Of a stretch of DNA of 64,000 bases, positions 24,556 to 37,307 are shown piece after piece. The first letter of the stretch is position 1. Each line of letters opens with the position of its first letter. The translations under genes were made by a program, and so were the position numbers. Location: NCBI RefSeq assembly GCF_036321535.1, contig NC_087437.1:10170001-10234000 (forward strand). The letters are read 5' to 3'. The stretch is from Camelus dromedarius (taxonomy: Eukaryota). A model generated the notes under the pieces. It searched no databases and was not told the DNA's origin. It was given only the letters and a program-made list of their open reading frames with translations.

Positions 24556-26970
24556 TCCTGCTTCTTGTCTTTCTATCTTCCCTTCTCTCAGTTACCTTTA
24601 TAGAGATTTTAACATTCATCATTGGTTCTCTGTCCACACCCATTCAGGTGGCCAGTTTTTGGTAATCCTGTTTTCTCAGCACATCAGTGAGGTCACCAAG
24701 AATCCAAGCAGAAAGAGAGAGAGAAAGACATCAAACTGAACAAAATCCTATGGTTGTTTCATCCCTTTCCACTTCCAACTCATTCTTTACCCTTCTGGTC
24801 AATTTACCTACCTAAGATTCTCATTTATGTTATATTCAGTTTGCCCTCAAAACCTAATAAAAATATCCTTTAAAGAATGAGGCAAAAAATTACAGAATAG
24901 CAATGCTTTAAGATGCCTGCACAAGTTCCGTTGTAGGATATGTGCAAATTCCTGAAACTCTACATAAATGCATTTCTATCACCATTCTATAGGAGATGGT
25001 GGTGACTACCTTCAGCCACTAGGGGATTTAAGACAGATGCTCTAAGCAATTTTAACCACTCAAACCTAATCAGATTTCCCAAAAGTTCTCTCCCATTCAC
25101 ATTAGAATCAAGAAAATGTATCTGTTCAATTAAGAAAAATAAAATCTAGCTAGAATAGAACAGATTACAAATGTGTTCCTAATTTTATCAATTAAATTCC
25201 TGAGTTATAAATTATTATTTTAAATACACCTATTTAAAGATGAAAGGCACCACAATTAACTAAGAGAGTAGTCCCATAAAGCACAGAGTGCCTTGCTCAT
25301 AGGCAAAAAATTATTATATTTTTTAATGTTTATGGATAATTGTGTCAAAAAATAAATCCTGGGCTCAAATTCAAAGTGTTTGAGACTCTTTCTGGTCATT
25401 AAGCAATTTCAAGAGAGGAAAAATGATGTCAACTGAAAAGCATGGAATCCTTTCCCACACATTTTCATAAACTGCTCTGTAAGACTATTAAACAAACATG
25501 AAATGACCTCTCCTAAAGCACATCTAACCTTCTTAAGAATGCCAAAACTTTCTACACTGTTCGAACATGACAATTGTGGAGATATTTATCAATGTTTTAT
25601 TAATAGAAGAAAGTGAATCTTTACTACTACCCACTGAGACAAACCAATACCCACCGAATAGAAAGTTATACTCAAGCTGAGTATGCCAATTGTAAAGCGT
25701 GGAAGTCTCCTGTGAACGCAGATTTTCCAAATGTAAGCACCTGGTACAGAATCTGTCTTATACCATTTCCTCCTCATCACTTTTTCCTGACATGGAATTA
25801 GAAATCTCTATTTATGTGCTCAACTGAGTGGGCCATTCAAAGGTGCTCTAAAAATCAGCCACTATACGGCCAAACAGGTGGTCAGACTCATTAGATGGCT
25901 GAAATCACCAGGCTACATCTTGGATGCATTTGATTCCAGTTAAAATATGGGAGGATGTGTTCAATCACATATCAAACAATAATTTTTATAATCAAAATAC
26001 AATTCACTTATTTTATGCAGATTAGTATTATCCTCAATTGACTTGAAATGGAAATGTTTTCTAAAATGCCAATTCATTGCTAGCCTACTTACTAATATTC
26101 AGAGACATTTTCATCATATTTGATGTTACTTCCAGTCATTCAGAAACCCGTTCTTCACCTCAAGCTGTGAGTCACAGCACTGAATACTCTTGACCACAAC
26201 CCCATAGGATAAAGCTGCCCACAAGAGGAAGACGTCACCGGGGAGAATGCCAGTGCACACCATTTGGAAAATAAAAAATGTAACTACCCTAAGATAAATA
26301 TACCTTGGGCTAGTATCTTACTTGTGACATGGTTTTACATTTTTTTCTTTTATTATATAAGGAATACATGAGTTCACTGTAAAAGAAAAAAAGTCAAAAT
26401 TAATGCAGACGTGTATGTGAAAATCTCTTTTTGCCACCCCTCCAACAGCAATGCTGAATTCTAATTCCCTACGCTAAGGAAACCTTGGTGTGTGTGTGTA
26501 TTGATCCACAACAGACATACAGCTCACTCCTACACACCTACACACACTTTATCTTTCTTTTTTCAAACTTTAAATCCGTAGATGGTCATTGAATTGAAAT
26601 TTCAAGATGTGTATGTAATTTCTTCCCCTAAATCTCCATACAGTGTTCTTTTCAATATGTTAACTTGGAGGTGATGGTGGTTCTTGCTGTTACTATTGTT
26701 TTTAAATGAAGTTTGAATAAAAGGCTCACGTGCTCCTCAGTAACCTTCATCCCTATAAGCCTGGTCTCAGGCAGCAGGACTCTCATCATAGAACTGAGAG
26801 CGAGGTCTGTGTTTGCCTTGTGGCCATTCACCCCAGGGATTCTTCAAGACTGGACTTGGTTTTTGTAGCCAGAGAGAACCAAATACAATGTGTGATTTGT
26901 TCAGGGTCACTTGGCAGCGTTCTTCAAACAGTTCTAAGGTTTACACACTTTACTTTGGAAGTCCCAGCTG

Positions 26971-27606
26971 TGATGCAGGAAAAACGGATGTGGAGAGTGA
27001 GGAGGGCCGTGTCCCAGACTTCAGTTGAGCCCCAGGGACGTGGCCCTGCCAAGTGTGGGTCCTTGGCTTCGGGCAGGAAAGGATTCAAGAGCGAGCCACA
27101 GTTGAGTGAAGGTAGATTTATTTAGAGAGATACATCAAAAGGCAAGAGAAAGGCCATGAAGTGTGGGGGTTGGGTGCTCAGAATAGAGTAAAAGTAGGTA
27201 CACACTCCACAGACAGACTGCGGGCCGCCTCTGAAGGGGGAGAGAGAGAGAAGCAGGGTGGCCACAAGGTGCCGTGTTGCCAGTTTATGGGCTTGGTAGC
27301 TTCATATGCTAATAAGTGGAAGGACCAGTCTAACTAGCCTGGGGAAGGGGCTGGGATTCCCGGGAAGTTGGCCGTTTCCCACTCTTGACCTTTTGCGGCC
27401 TTGGGACTGCCCTGCTGCCTGTGGGCGTGTTATTCACCATGTTAGTATATTACAGTGGGTGTGTAATGAAGCTCAAGGTCTGCTAGAAGTCACATCTCCC
27501 ACCATCTTGAGCCTCAAGGCCTCCTGGGGGTTGAACCTTTTGATATTCTAGTGTTAATTGTTGTGTTATTCCTTGAATGGCTGTGCCCTGTCCCCTTCCT
27601 GTCTCA
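26971..27606 (-). mobile_element. solo ERV1 LTR (MER41-like architecture), CpG-retaining
   Basis: TG...CA termini with perfect 4-bp TSD GCTG (26967-26970/27607-27610); minus-strand AATAAA (tttatt ~27117). Confidence 0.9.
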
Positions 27607-28074
27607 GCTGTGCTCCCACCACACATAATTCCTGTACTCACATCATTCCATTCCTTTTTGTCCTCTCTTTAGAAATTGCATCTTGATGAGAAACCAGAAA
27701 AGATTCCCTAAAGAGCCTCAAAGCTTGCAGTCCGCACACCTCAGAGGCAGAGTTTGTACAGAGCTGGGCGAAATCAGAACCATAGCATGTGCCCAGAACT
27801 GATCACATTTCCTGAGTACCACTCAGAAGAAGGCAGAGCTCATGAGAGCATTTTTTGCTGAGGAATCTTCAGAGAACCAAACAAAGGCAGTCTTCACTAT
27901 GAGAGGTCTGGTCATGAAGGACTGGCCAGAGCAAGGTGCCACAGACCCTTGAATTGGATCTCCAAATCAGCTTGAGTAAAAGCACATCAGAGTTTCATTC
28001 TTCCTGACCCATCATGAAGAACAGAAGTAGCCAGGCTGTTCTCCAGAGGCAAATGGAACTGGAAATGTTCTCTG

Positions 28075-28225
28075 ACCTCGCTCAGCCCCGATCTCTTCAA
28101 CCGATAAAATGAGAGCAACTGAACTGCCTCCCGGGGAGGTTACTGTGAAATGAAATCATGCACATAAAATGCTTAGCACAGAGTCTTCAAAACGATGCTT
28201 ATAACTATACTTACTACTTCTATCA
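28075..28225 (+). mobile_element. MIR 3' fragment
   Basis: 'ctcagccccgatctcttcaaccgataaaatgag...cataaaatgcttagcacagag'. Confidence 0.6.
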
Positions 28226-28290
28226 TTAGCATCTTGATTCTTCGGGAATTCAGTTCTTAAAGCTTATATTACAATGAGTCCAAACATCTG

Positions 28291-28426
28291 TTTTTTTGTG
28301 TGGGAAGGTAATTAGTTTTATTATTTATTCTTATTATGTTTTTAATTTAACTAAGGTACTAGGGATCAAACCCATGACCTCATGCATGCTAAGCATGTGC
28401 TCTACCACTGAGCTCTACCCTCCCTC
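28291..28426 (-). mobile_element. camelid vic-1-type SINE
   Basis: tRNA-Ala-like head, tail 'aaactaattaccttccc', TSD tgagtccaaacatctg/tgagcccaaacatctg (28275-28290/28427-28442). Confidence 0.9.
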
Positions 28427-29597
28427 TGAGCCCAAACATCTGGATATGAGAAATAAGATTTTTTTCTTCCCTGATATCTTTATCTCTGTCTGCTGTAAGA
28501 CCAGCACCTAGAATAGCAAATACCAGACGAGTGAATGAATGATCAGATGAATATGTTTTAGCACTATTGTATTCTATGTTAGTTTCTTTCACATGTACTT
28601 TGTGGAATCTTGTATCCTTTATGGTGAAATGATGATCTGTTCTCCGTTTCTTCCCAGCCTACACCAGAACACTCTAGTCTTCACATAGCTTTTACATTTG
28701 AAATTTTAAGGGGGCTATTTTCCCTCTACTGCCAATAAGTGTGTTCCTACAAAATCCATTTATGCTCTCTATCGTGAGCACAAAGATGTATTGGAAAGTA
28801 AGTAATAATAGCAGGTAAACTGATCTTCTTCAAATTCTCTAAAATTACTAAATGCACTGTGCTTTTCTTCCACATAAAAGATTACGGGGTGACAGAACCA
28901 GCACATTAAATTTGGAAAGACAGCTCAGTCACACAAGTATAGCCAATTGAGTCTATGGTGCAACTTTCCTGTAAGTCTACCCTGTAATCAATTATGTATT
29001 TGCTTAAGATCCAAATCACTGCAGAAAGCTGTCTGTTAATCTGGATTATGATCCTTCATTCTATACATCCAAAAATTTAATGGGGGGAATAAAAGAAATA
29101 TCCCTTTTAAAATTGACTTACCAAGACATTTTCCTATACTTCAAGTTCTTTGGCATCACATGAATTAGAATAAAATTGAATAAGATTGCAACTCAAGGGC
29201 ACAGCATTCTAATTTCTCCCATCTCAATAATCTCTCTGTTCTAAACAATTCAGGAGAAAACTGAGTATTATTCCAACGTCACAAAGCATTTTCACATGTG
29301 CTATCATGAAACTAATCATTGCTCAAAATTTAGCTTAATCTTCCATATCCTACAAAATAGTCTGTTGAGAAACTACTATTTATCTTTGAGGATGTTTGTT
29401 ACTGCCAGCATCCTATTGTGATAAAACACAAACAGCAGAAATATAAGAAAGGCCAAAGAAGATAGAGTTGAAATTTAGTCTGGGAAACAAATGCTGCTCA
29501 TATTTAGCAGGAGAATGGAGTTGAAAATAGTTAACAGAGAATAGATTGGGCCATTGATTCCTCCTGAGATATGAATTTAAAGTGTGTTTTTCTGCTT

Positions 29598-30117
29598 AAT
29601 ATCATTAATTACCAGAGAAGTGCAAATCAAAACTACAATGAGGTATCACCTCACATCAGTCAGAATGCCCATCATTAAAAAATCCAGAAATGATTATTGC
29701 TAGAGAGGGTGTGGAGAAAAGGGAACCCTCCTACCCATTGGTGGGAATGTAATTTGGCACAGCCACTATGGGAAAACAGTATGGATGTTCTTTTAAAAAA
29801 ATAAATAAAATTGAGTTACCATATGAGCCAACATAATGGATTAATAATGGAATATTACACAGCCATAAAGAAGAATTAAATAATGCCATTTGCAGCAACA
29901 TGGGTGGACCTGGAGGTCATCATACTAAGTGAAGTAAACCAGAAAGAGAAATAAAAATACCATATGGATATCACTTATATGTGGAATCTCAAAAAAATAA
30001 CACAATGAACTTATTTACAAAACAGAAGCAGATTCAAAGACATAGAAAACAAACTTATGGTTAAAAGGGGAAAGGAGGTGGGGAGGGATAAACTGGGAGT
30101 TCAGAATTTGCAGATAC

Positions 30118-30162
<45 letters not shown>

Positions 30163-30330
30163 TGTGTGTGTGTGTGTGCACGTGTATAAAATAAACAAGG
30201 TCCTACAATACATTGTAATGGCCTATAATGAAAAAGAATATAAAAAGGATATAATGAATCACTATGCTGTACACCAGAAATTAACACAACATTGTAAATC
30301 AGCTATACTTCAATAAAAAAATAAATAAAA
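29598..30330 (+). mobile_element. L1 3' end (ORF2 end plus 3' UTR) with internal deletion and embedded (TG)n at 30121-30178
   Basis: 'caaatcaaaactacaatgaggtatcacctcaca', 3' UTR 'gacatagaaaacaaacttatggtt', terminal 'ctatacttcaataaaaaa'. Confidence 0.9.
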
Positions 30331-30360
30331 TTTAGTGTGTTTGCTTCTTGTTACTTTGAG

Positions 30361-30461
30361 TTTTTGAGTTTTTTTCTTTTTTTACTGGAGGTACTAGGGA
30401 TTGAACCCAAGACCCATGCATGCTAAGCACACGCTCTACCACTGAGCTCACCCACCATCCC
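30361..30461 (-). mobile_element. camelid vic-1-type SINE
   Basis: 'ggaggtactagggattgaacccaagacccatgcatgctaagcacacgctctaccactgagct' preceded by a T-rich tail. Confidence 0.85.
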
Positions 30462-30716
30462 GTTATTATGTTTGAAGTGAGGTGATTGATCATCAGGCAT
30501 TCCCCTATGGCACTGATACTCTGGAAGCATATTTCTAAGCCAAAGACAAAAACTAATTTAATCCCACCCGACTAGGATTCTTCAAACTACTTTTCTGGTA
30601 CAGGCAGTAGAATAGATACTGAGTCAATGAACATAAATGGCCTTTGTAATAACTGCTATATGGTGATTTTTATACCACTCTCTAATTGGTAATTATGCCA
30701 CAGGAACAAAGGCACA

Positions 30717-31160
30717 CTATGGCGACCATGAAAACGCACCTCTCAGACCTCCTCCTGGAAGGAGCATCACTGGCAATGGCTCAAGCCGCTGCATCCTGAA
30801 ATCCCTCACTGTGTCTGGGGGGCGGAGCACACTTCCCACCACTGCTCCCAGCCAGCGGCTGAAGCCACTCCTGTAAGATGCAGTTGTCCACTGATGGGAG
30901 GACTTGGGCTGGAGGGCTCCCCGTCAGCCTTGCTGAAATTGTCTTAAAATGGCACTGCCGTCTAAGACCTTGCTTCCTCCTTCCTCCCACCCTCCCTTTC
31001 TCCCTTCCCTCTCACCATCGGAAGGGTCAGACCTACATCATGGTCTCAGAGTTCTTCCCATCTCTTCTGTCTCCCCACCGCATGTTCCCTGAAGAGCATT
31101 TTTCTCAATAAGTCTAATCCTATTTTGGTGACTGCTACTCAGACAACTGTGACCTACCTA
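30717..31160 (+). mobile_element. old ERVL LTR (LTR16/LTR33-like)
   Basis: 'aacgcacctctcagacctcc...caataagtctaatcctattttggtgactgctactcaga'. Confidence 0.6.
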
Positions 31161-31589
31161 CACCTGTGCCTCACACAAAACAAAACTGGGGTAGAACTAT
31201 TTTTCATAAACACATTTTAAGGTCACTAGATAAATATATAAAACAAGCAAGAGGATCTTTCTCTCCCTCTCCCCTTCTTTTTTGGTTTATAATTATGACC
31301 TAGTTAATGTTTGGTAAATTCTGATTTCTGTTTATTAGCTTTCATTCAAGTTCAATACCACTGTACTAACCTCCCTGATGCCTTGCAGACATCCTGACCC
31401 CATAACACTTCAAAAAAAAAAAAAAAAAGGAGTGTTCTGTTTATTTTTTAAATTCCAATAAAATAGTAAGTTTCTAAGGTGGGTTTGAATAAACAAGTAC
31501 AGAGGTAGATATGGCTCCTCTCAAAAGGAAGTTATTTCTTTTTTTCTTTCCTTTTTTGAGGGTTGTGCTGGGGAAGCAGTTTGCGGCAG

Positions 31590-32010
31590 AGAAGGCTAGC
31601 TAATCACTGAATCCCTTCCCTTTTTTTCTGGATGCACAGCCACCAGACTACACTTCTCTTGGTGTGGCTGGGTGTGGCCATGTGACTGAGTTCTGGCCAG
31701 GGAGATGTGAGTAGAAATGAAGGACACCGTTTCCACCTCTGGCCCATTAAACTTCTCCCATGTGATTCTCCATCCTCTTTACGTTCTCATATATCACTGC
31801 CCACAAGCACAGCAAATCTGGAAACTACAAGTGGAAGATGAAAAAGTGACAGGACACAAGGAGCCTGGATCTCCGAATTACCCAATGAACAAGAGCTGTT
31901 TTGATCAGGAACACCAGGACTGCTATGTTAACAAGACTTACACTTATTGTGAGAAGCCTTTGTGATTTTGTGCTGAGCTCCTTACCACACCAAGCATTAC
32001 TCTAGCTAGT
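31590..32010 (+). mobile_element. MLT1 (MaLR) LTR
   Basis: 'gggtgtggccatgtgactgagttctggcca', 'aaggagcctggatctccgaatta'. Confidence 0.75.
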
Positions 32011-32084
32011 CTAGTTGGGTACCACAAGTACACCCAACAGGATTCATCACAGCGATCGGCCCTGCAAGGCAGTGATGACACGTA

Positions 32085-32625
32085 GGTGTGGTAAACGTCT
32101 GTGAAGATGGTCACTGGTGGTCCCTCCCCTTTCTGTGTAAACAAGCCACTCCTCTCCTCAAAGAGGTTGATTTCCCCCAGTCCTTGAAAATAAATGGCCC
32201 TATGACTTGTTTTGACCAATGGAATACTGCAGGGACCATGAGCCAGTTCCAAGTCTAAGATCCCAGACATCTTTTACTCTTCAGCATGAACCCAGTGACG
32301 ACGCTGTAAGGAAGTCCAGGCCGTCCTGCAGGAGGCAGGGGCCACTTGGAAAGGCCCTGGAGGATGAGATATCATGAGGAAAAAGGGGCCACATGGAAAA
32401 GAAAAAAGTTGGCCATACCCAACTATCAACTCCAAGTCTCCAGGCCTTCTTTCCAACCCAGCCCCTGAGCCAGCTGAACGTAGCCATGTGGGTCACCCCA
32501 GCTGATACTGTATGGAACAGAATGCTCTCGTCAACTCACAGAACCATGAAAATAATAGATGATGGTTGTTTTAAGCTGTTAGGTATTTTTTAGGGAGTGG
32601 GAGTTGTTGCTACACAAGAAAAGAA
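32085..32625 (+). mobile_element. MLT1 (MaLR) LTR
   Basis: 'tgacttgttttgaccaatggaata', 'cagaaccatgaaaataatagatgatggttgttttaagctgttagg'. Confidence 0.78.
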
Positions 32626-32862
32626 AATGATGCATTAGAATTTTAAGTGAAGAGTTTGGAGCAGGAGACAGCCTGAGACGCAATAGTTTCTCTATTGTGT
32701 TCTCAGCTTAGAAATTCAGAAACATAATTCTTTTACCCTTTTAAAATATTATTGTGTTCTCCTGTGAAATAAATGACCAATATGCATCTTTACCTATCTT
32801 TACCTAGTAACAAATACATCTTGATTTCAACACAAACAAAAGTAGCAATACACATAACATTC

Positions 32863-34184
32863 TTTTTTTTTTCAATGATGAGAATTTTTAATGGTACAAA
32901 CATGTTGGAAAAATGAATTTAACCCTACAAATTCTGCACCAACAAGATATCCTGTGCCCAGGATTATGCTGAAGGGGAAAGAAGGTCCACAAAATGTGTC
33001 CATACATGCCTAAAGCAACTTTCACAGTTCACTTCCATAACTGATTTATATTAGTTACCAATACTGTCTTGAGAAATGAGGTCTAATGAATATTCGAACT
33101 AAGTAAAAGATACCCCTCACTTACCACATTGCTTTCACCACTAAGAAGACATAACCCAAGTATTTGATGAATGCAGAGAAAAGTCATTTCGTGGTGTGAT
33201 CTGAGAATTCCAGTATATTTTAGATGAGAGAAGTTGACCATGGAGGAGCTCACTGTTGGGCACAGAATGTGAAGTTGGAGGAACTCTGATTAAAGGAGGG
33301 GCTTGCCCTGCTGCCACTGGCTTCAGTGCAGCTCAGGTGTTGATCCTTTGAAATGGATTCCTGAGTGGAGGGAGGGAACAGCATGTCCTTGATATCTAGG
33401 CCGAACTCTGGGAAAAGGATAAACAGGGCTTGGTGCTTGGTCCCCTAAATGGTTTGAAAATGTCCCTTGGGACGTGTGGATTCTCATGACCTCTTCCAGG
33501 AATTTGAGGACTTTTAGCATCTCTGCCATCTCTTCTTCATTAGACTGCAAGAATCTGGGACCAGTTCTTGGACCAGAGAATTGAATTCCTTCCTCAAACA
33601 CACGTTGACCCTCATCATTTTTCTGCCAGTATCAGCGAGGCTAAGTACACTGAATGAATCTCTGTCGAGCCTGGCATCTCTACAGATGTCTCCATGCCAG
33701 CATTCTCCTTTTTAGCAGTACAAATCTCGTCAATGAGTTGGCATTTCTCTTCAATCAGTGCAGCCAGTGTTTTTACCAACTTCTCCTCGCGTCTCCCATA
33801 AAGCCGACTTCTACAAGACTGAGCAAGTCTGAAAGTACATAAGACACTGATCAATAAGCTGATGACAGGCACTGTCTGCCCTTCTAGGTGCTGGAAAGTG
33901 AACCATGAGCTCAGATCACTGGGCAGCAGCAACACCAGGACCTCACTCAGCTTCCCAAAGAAGAGCCCTAAGCCAAGCTCCACAGAGGACGGCAGCCCCC
34001 GCACGGCACTGACCCAGCACAGGGCTCTGCCCAGTTACCACGGATCCACCAGCCACACAAGCCCCGGGGAACACACCAACATTCCACCTGGAACCCAACC
34101 AGCAGCTGACATCCTGGATTGGTCAGGTATCTTGTCAGTGTCGGGGGAAGGGCTGCATCAGAGGAGAGGTTTGACCTCAATACA
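32863..34184 (-). pseudogene. MIA2: processed pseudogene of the cTAGE5/MIA2 (CTAGE) family, internally deleted
   Basis: Translation LGLFFGKLSEVLVLLLP...SCRSRLYGRREEKLVKTLAALIEEKCQLIDE matches recalled cTAGE5 LGLLLEELRRVVAALP...[31 protein letters not shown]. Start codon is GTG (34004); frameshifts at ~33678 and ~33560; no introns. ATTAAA (32887-32892), A10 tail (32863-32872), TSD caatacacataacattc/caatacaaatgacattc (32846-32862/34185-34201). Confidence 0.88.
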
Positions 34185-35094
34185 CAATACAAATGACATT
34201 CTTGTTATTTTAAAATAAAAATACAAATAATATATTTCCCCCCAAAATCAAATTCTACAGAAGGAGAGTGAAAATTCCTTTTCCTTCCTCTTTAACGATG
34301 CCAATTTCACTTCCTCTCCTATTGGCACTACTGAGGACATTCCAATTTCATGTGTTTTATTCTTCCAGGTTCTCTCGATGCAATGTCTATGTACTTGTGC
34401 ATTGCGTAGTTTTCTGTATTTGAATATTATTGGAACAGACTGTGTTATTTTGCCACCCACAGGATTTATTTTTGAGAACAAATGTGCTATAACAGATTCT
34501 ATCGAGGGATTTATTTTTCACACATGCATTTTCTTTTTTGTTAAGTTCACATTTAGAAGCTCTCTCCTCGAGGACCAAGAATGAGCCACCAATGGCATCT
34601 CTCCTTTCATGTAAGCGTACTACCTAACAACAAGGTTTTCTGAAATACGGTGACTCTTTCCAACAGAGCAGTTTTTCATCTCTTTGATCTTGAGGTATTT
34701 TCATCACATGGGTATTTACTTTTCTTGTTTCCTTGTCAACTACTTACTAATAGTCTTCAATTAAAAAAAATGATGGTGAAGGACAAAGCTCTGATGTCCA
34801 CAGTCATCAACAACTTACTGGTAACAAGGATTGTAGGGGCATGGGAAAGCTTCACTGCCTTAAAATCACTACCACCTGTCTCAACCTTGGAAAAGGGAGA
34901 ATTAAATAGAAAGACACAAAAACATAGAGAGACTTTTCTCTTTAGAGATATCTTTGCACTCAGTGTTCTTGAATAATGTATGTCCTCAGAATCTTGAATC
35001 AACATTGGAAAAGCTAATAACTCTACAGAGAGATTTCTTGGGTCAAAATTGGCAGGTTTCTTGAATGTCAGGCATCTTTAGAAATGGATAGTTT

Positions 35095-35715
35095 TGTTGT
35101 GGGCAAGAGGTTCTTGTCACAGAAAGAATTCAGAAACAAGACACGGAGGTCAAGAAAGCAAAGCAAGGATTTATTAAGGGATAGATAATACACTCTCAAG
35201 GAAAGAGTGGGCAGGCCCAGGTGAGTAACTGCCCTGAGTTTCCTTGGCAAGCTTGTTATATGGGTGTAAAAGTGAACAGGCAGAATATTCATTGACAGGG
35301 AGGGGTTTGGGGTTGTCTTTCCCAATCTTCTTCCAAGCTCCACCTTTCCAGTTTGAGAGGAGGGATTTTTTGTCCTTATTTAGTCTTGATCAAGAAGTTG
35401 GATGAGGTCATAACGAACAAAAGGTTACATTCAGATGGGGGTATCATAAGAAAAATGTTATATTTGGACAGAGGTCATAATGATTGAAAGGTTACCTTCA
35501 GATGGTGGAGATTCCTGTCTTGTCCCACCGTTCTGCCTCCAGGACACTTGTCAACCCAGAAGGTATGTTTTTTTTTTTTAATCAGCCCAGAGGATCTTGT
35601 TTTTTTTTTCCGGTCTGTCCAAGGACCCTCGTTGTTCACAAGATATATAGTTTTCTGCCATTTGGCCCATGTCCCCCTTTCTCTGCTCATATCTAGCTAC
35701 CTGCCTGCTGTAACA
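35095..35715 (-). mobile_element. solo ERV1 LTR
   Basis: tgttg...taaca termini, 'aaagaattcagaaacaagacac...gatttattaag' U5/polyA region on minus. Confidence 0.8.
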
Positions 35716-36209
35716 GTCCGACTTCTTTAATCACAGAATATAATGCATTTCCTTCTTTGCAGATGAATACAATGTTGAAATGCATTTCCAGGGCACACAG
35801 GAAAAGGTGGTCCTCTTTTCAAGCAATAACTCAAATTAGACTCCTTCATTAGTAACAGAATATGAAGTAGGACACCTTTGCATCTGGTGTCAACAGAATA
35901 TGTATCATCTTTCAACCAACAGCCTAAAATTACTCCATTTGTGAGAAAATTCCACAGAGTTGATTACTCTTTAGCATTAGGTGTTGGCCTGGGCACAACA
36001 CAAAATTTCCGTTTTATTTCCTAAGAAAAATATGCTTAGCACTATGTTTCTTCAACTGTTGGTTTATATTGCTTGAGGTATAGAACAGTGTCAAGAAGTC
36101 ACTAGACAATAATAATGACGGTGAATTGTGTTTTCTAAAGATGGTCTAGATAATATTTCCCAACCCACATATTCCTGTTACAATGCAACTCTATCCAGTA
36201 GAAAATGAA

Positions 36210-36950
36210 ATCTATGGTGCAGCCACTATGGAATACAGCATGGAGATGTCTCCAAAAACTAAAAATAGACTCACCATATGATCTAGCAATCCCACTGCTG
36301 AGCATATATCCAGAGGGAACTGTAATTCGAAAAGCTACCTGCACCCCAATGTTCATAGCAGCACTGTATACAATAGCCATGACATGAAAACAACATAAAT
36401 GTCCATCGACAGATGATTGAATAAAGAAGTTGTGGCATATTTACACAATGGAATACTACTCAGCCATAAAAAAGAATAAACTAATGCCATTTGTAGCAAC
36501 ATGGATGGACCTAGAGATCATCATTCTAAGTGAAGTCAGCCAAAAAGAGAAAGAAAAATACCATATGATGTCACTCATATGTGGAATTTCAAAAAAAAAA
36601 AAGACAGAAAAAAAAGGACACTGTGAACTCATCTACAAAACAGAAACAGACTCACAGACATAGTAAACAATCTTATGGTTACCAGGAGAAAGGGGGTGGG
36701 AAGGGATAAATTTGGGAGTTTAAGATTTGCCAATGTTAGCCACTATATGTAAAAATGTATTTTAAAAAATTTAATTTGTTTTGCCTAGCACAAAGAACTA
36801 TGTTCAATATCTTGTAATAACTTTTAATAAAAAATATGAAAATGAATATATGTATGTATGTATGTACATGACTGGGACATTGTGCTGTACACCAGAAATT
36901 GACACATTGTAATTGACTGTACTTTAATCGAAAACAAATAAATAAAATAT
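36210..36950 (+). mobile_element. 5'-truncated lineage-specific L1
   Basis: ORF2 C-terminus (IDSPYDLAIPLLSIYP...CTPMFIAALYTIA; MWHIYTMEYYSAIKKN), 3' UTR and A-rich tail. Confidence 0.93.
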
Positions 36951-37307
36951 CATGTTATAAAAATGAAAAAAAAAATGAGTGGTCCATCTGAATCTTCTTT
37001 GATTTTTTTTTTCCCAACAGGACCACATGTAGCTTTTGTGGAGCCTGAGGCAAGAGTACAAATGGAGACTGTGTATCGTGTGTCTAAATATTTAAAAATG
37101 ATAATTTATGCTGCACCCTCAGACTGGCCTGCATTCCCACCCAGGGACCCTATAGCCACTTCTAAGATGTCACCAGAGGACCCAGGGGCTAAAGGAGTTG
37201 CACTGAGTGTGAGAAACGATACAGGTCTGTTGGGCAGAGCAGGGTGGATACCTGCCTACTGACTACACTTGTTCACCAAACTTAAGGGAACGCTCTGTCA
37301 CTAGGCA

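Noticed and set aside
25533..25801. Overlapping short ORFs with a hydrophobic stretch in unique DNA
   Set aside because: No recognisable family and no convincing splice-site pair.
33615..34004. 129-aa cTAGE-like ORF as a functional gene
   Set aside because: Starts at GTG instead of ATG, and homology continues across two frameshifts, so it is a pseudogene.
36135..36663. ORFs with recognisable protein motifs (also 58796-59050, 61144-62202)
   Set aside because: Fragments of L1 ORF2 or its antisense; truncated and interrupted.
36945..36980. Possible short L1 3' transduction after the A tail
   Set aside because: Only ~20 nt of A/T-rich sequence and no unambiguous TSD to delimit it.
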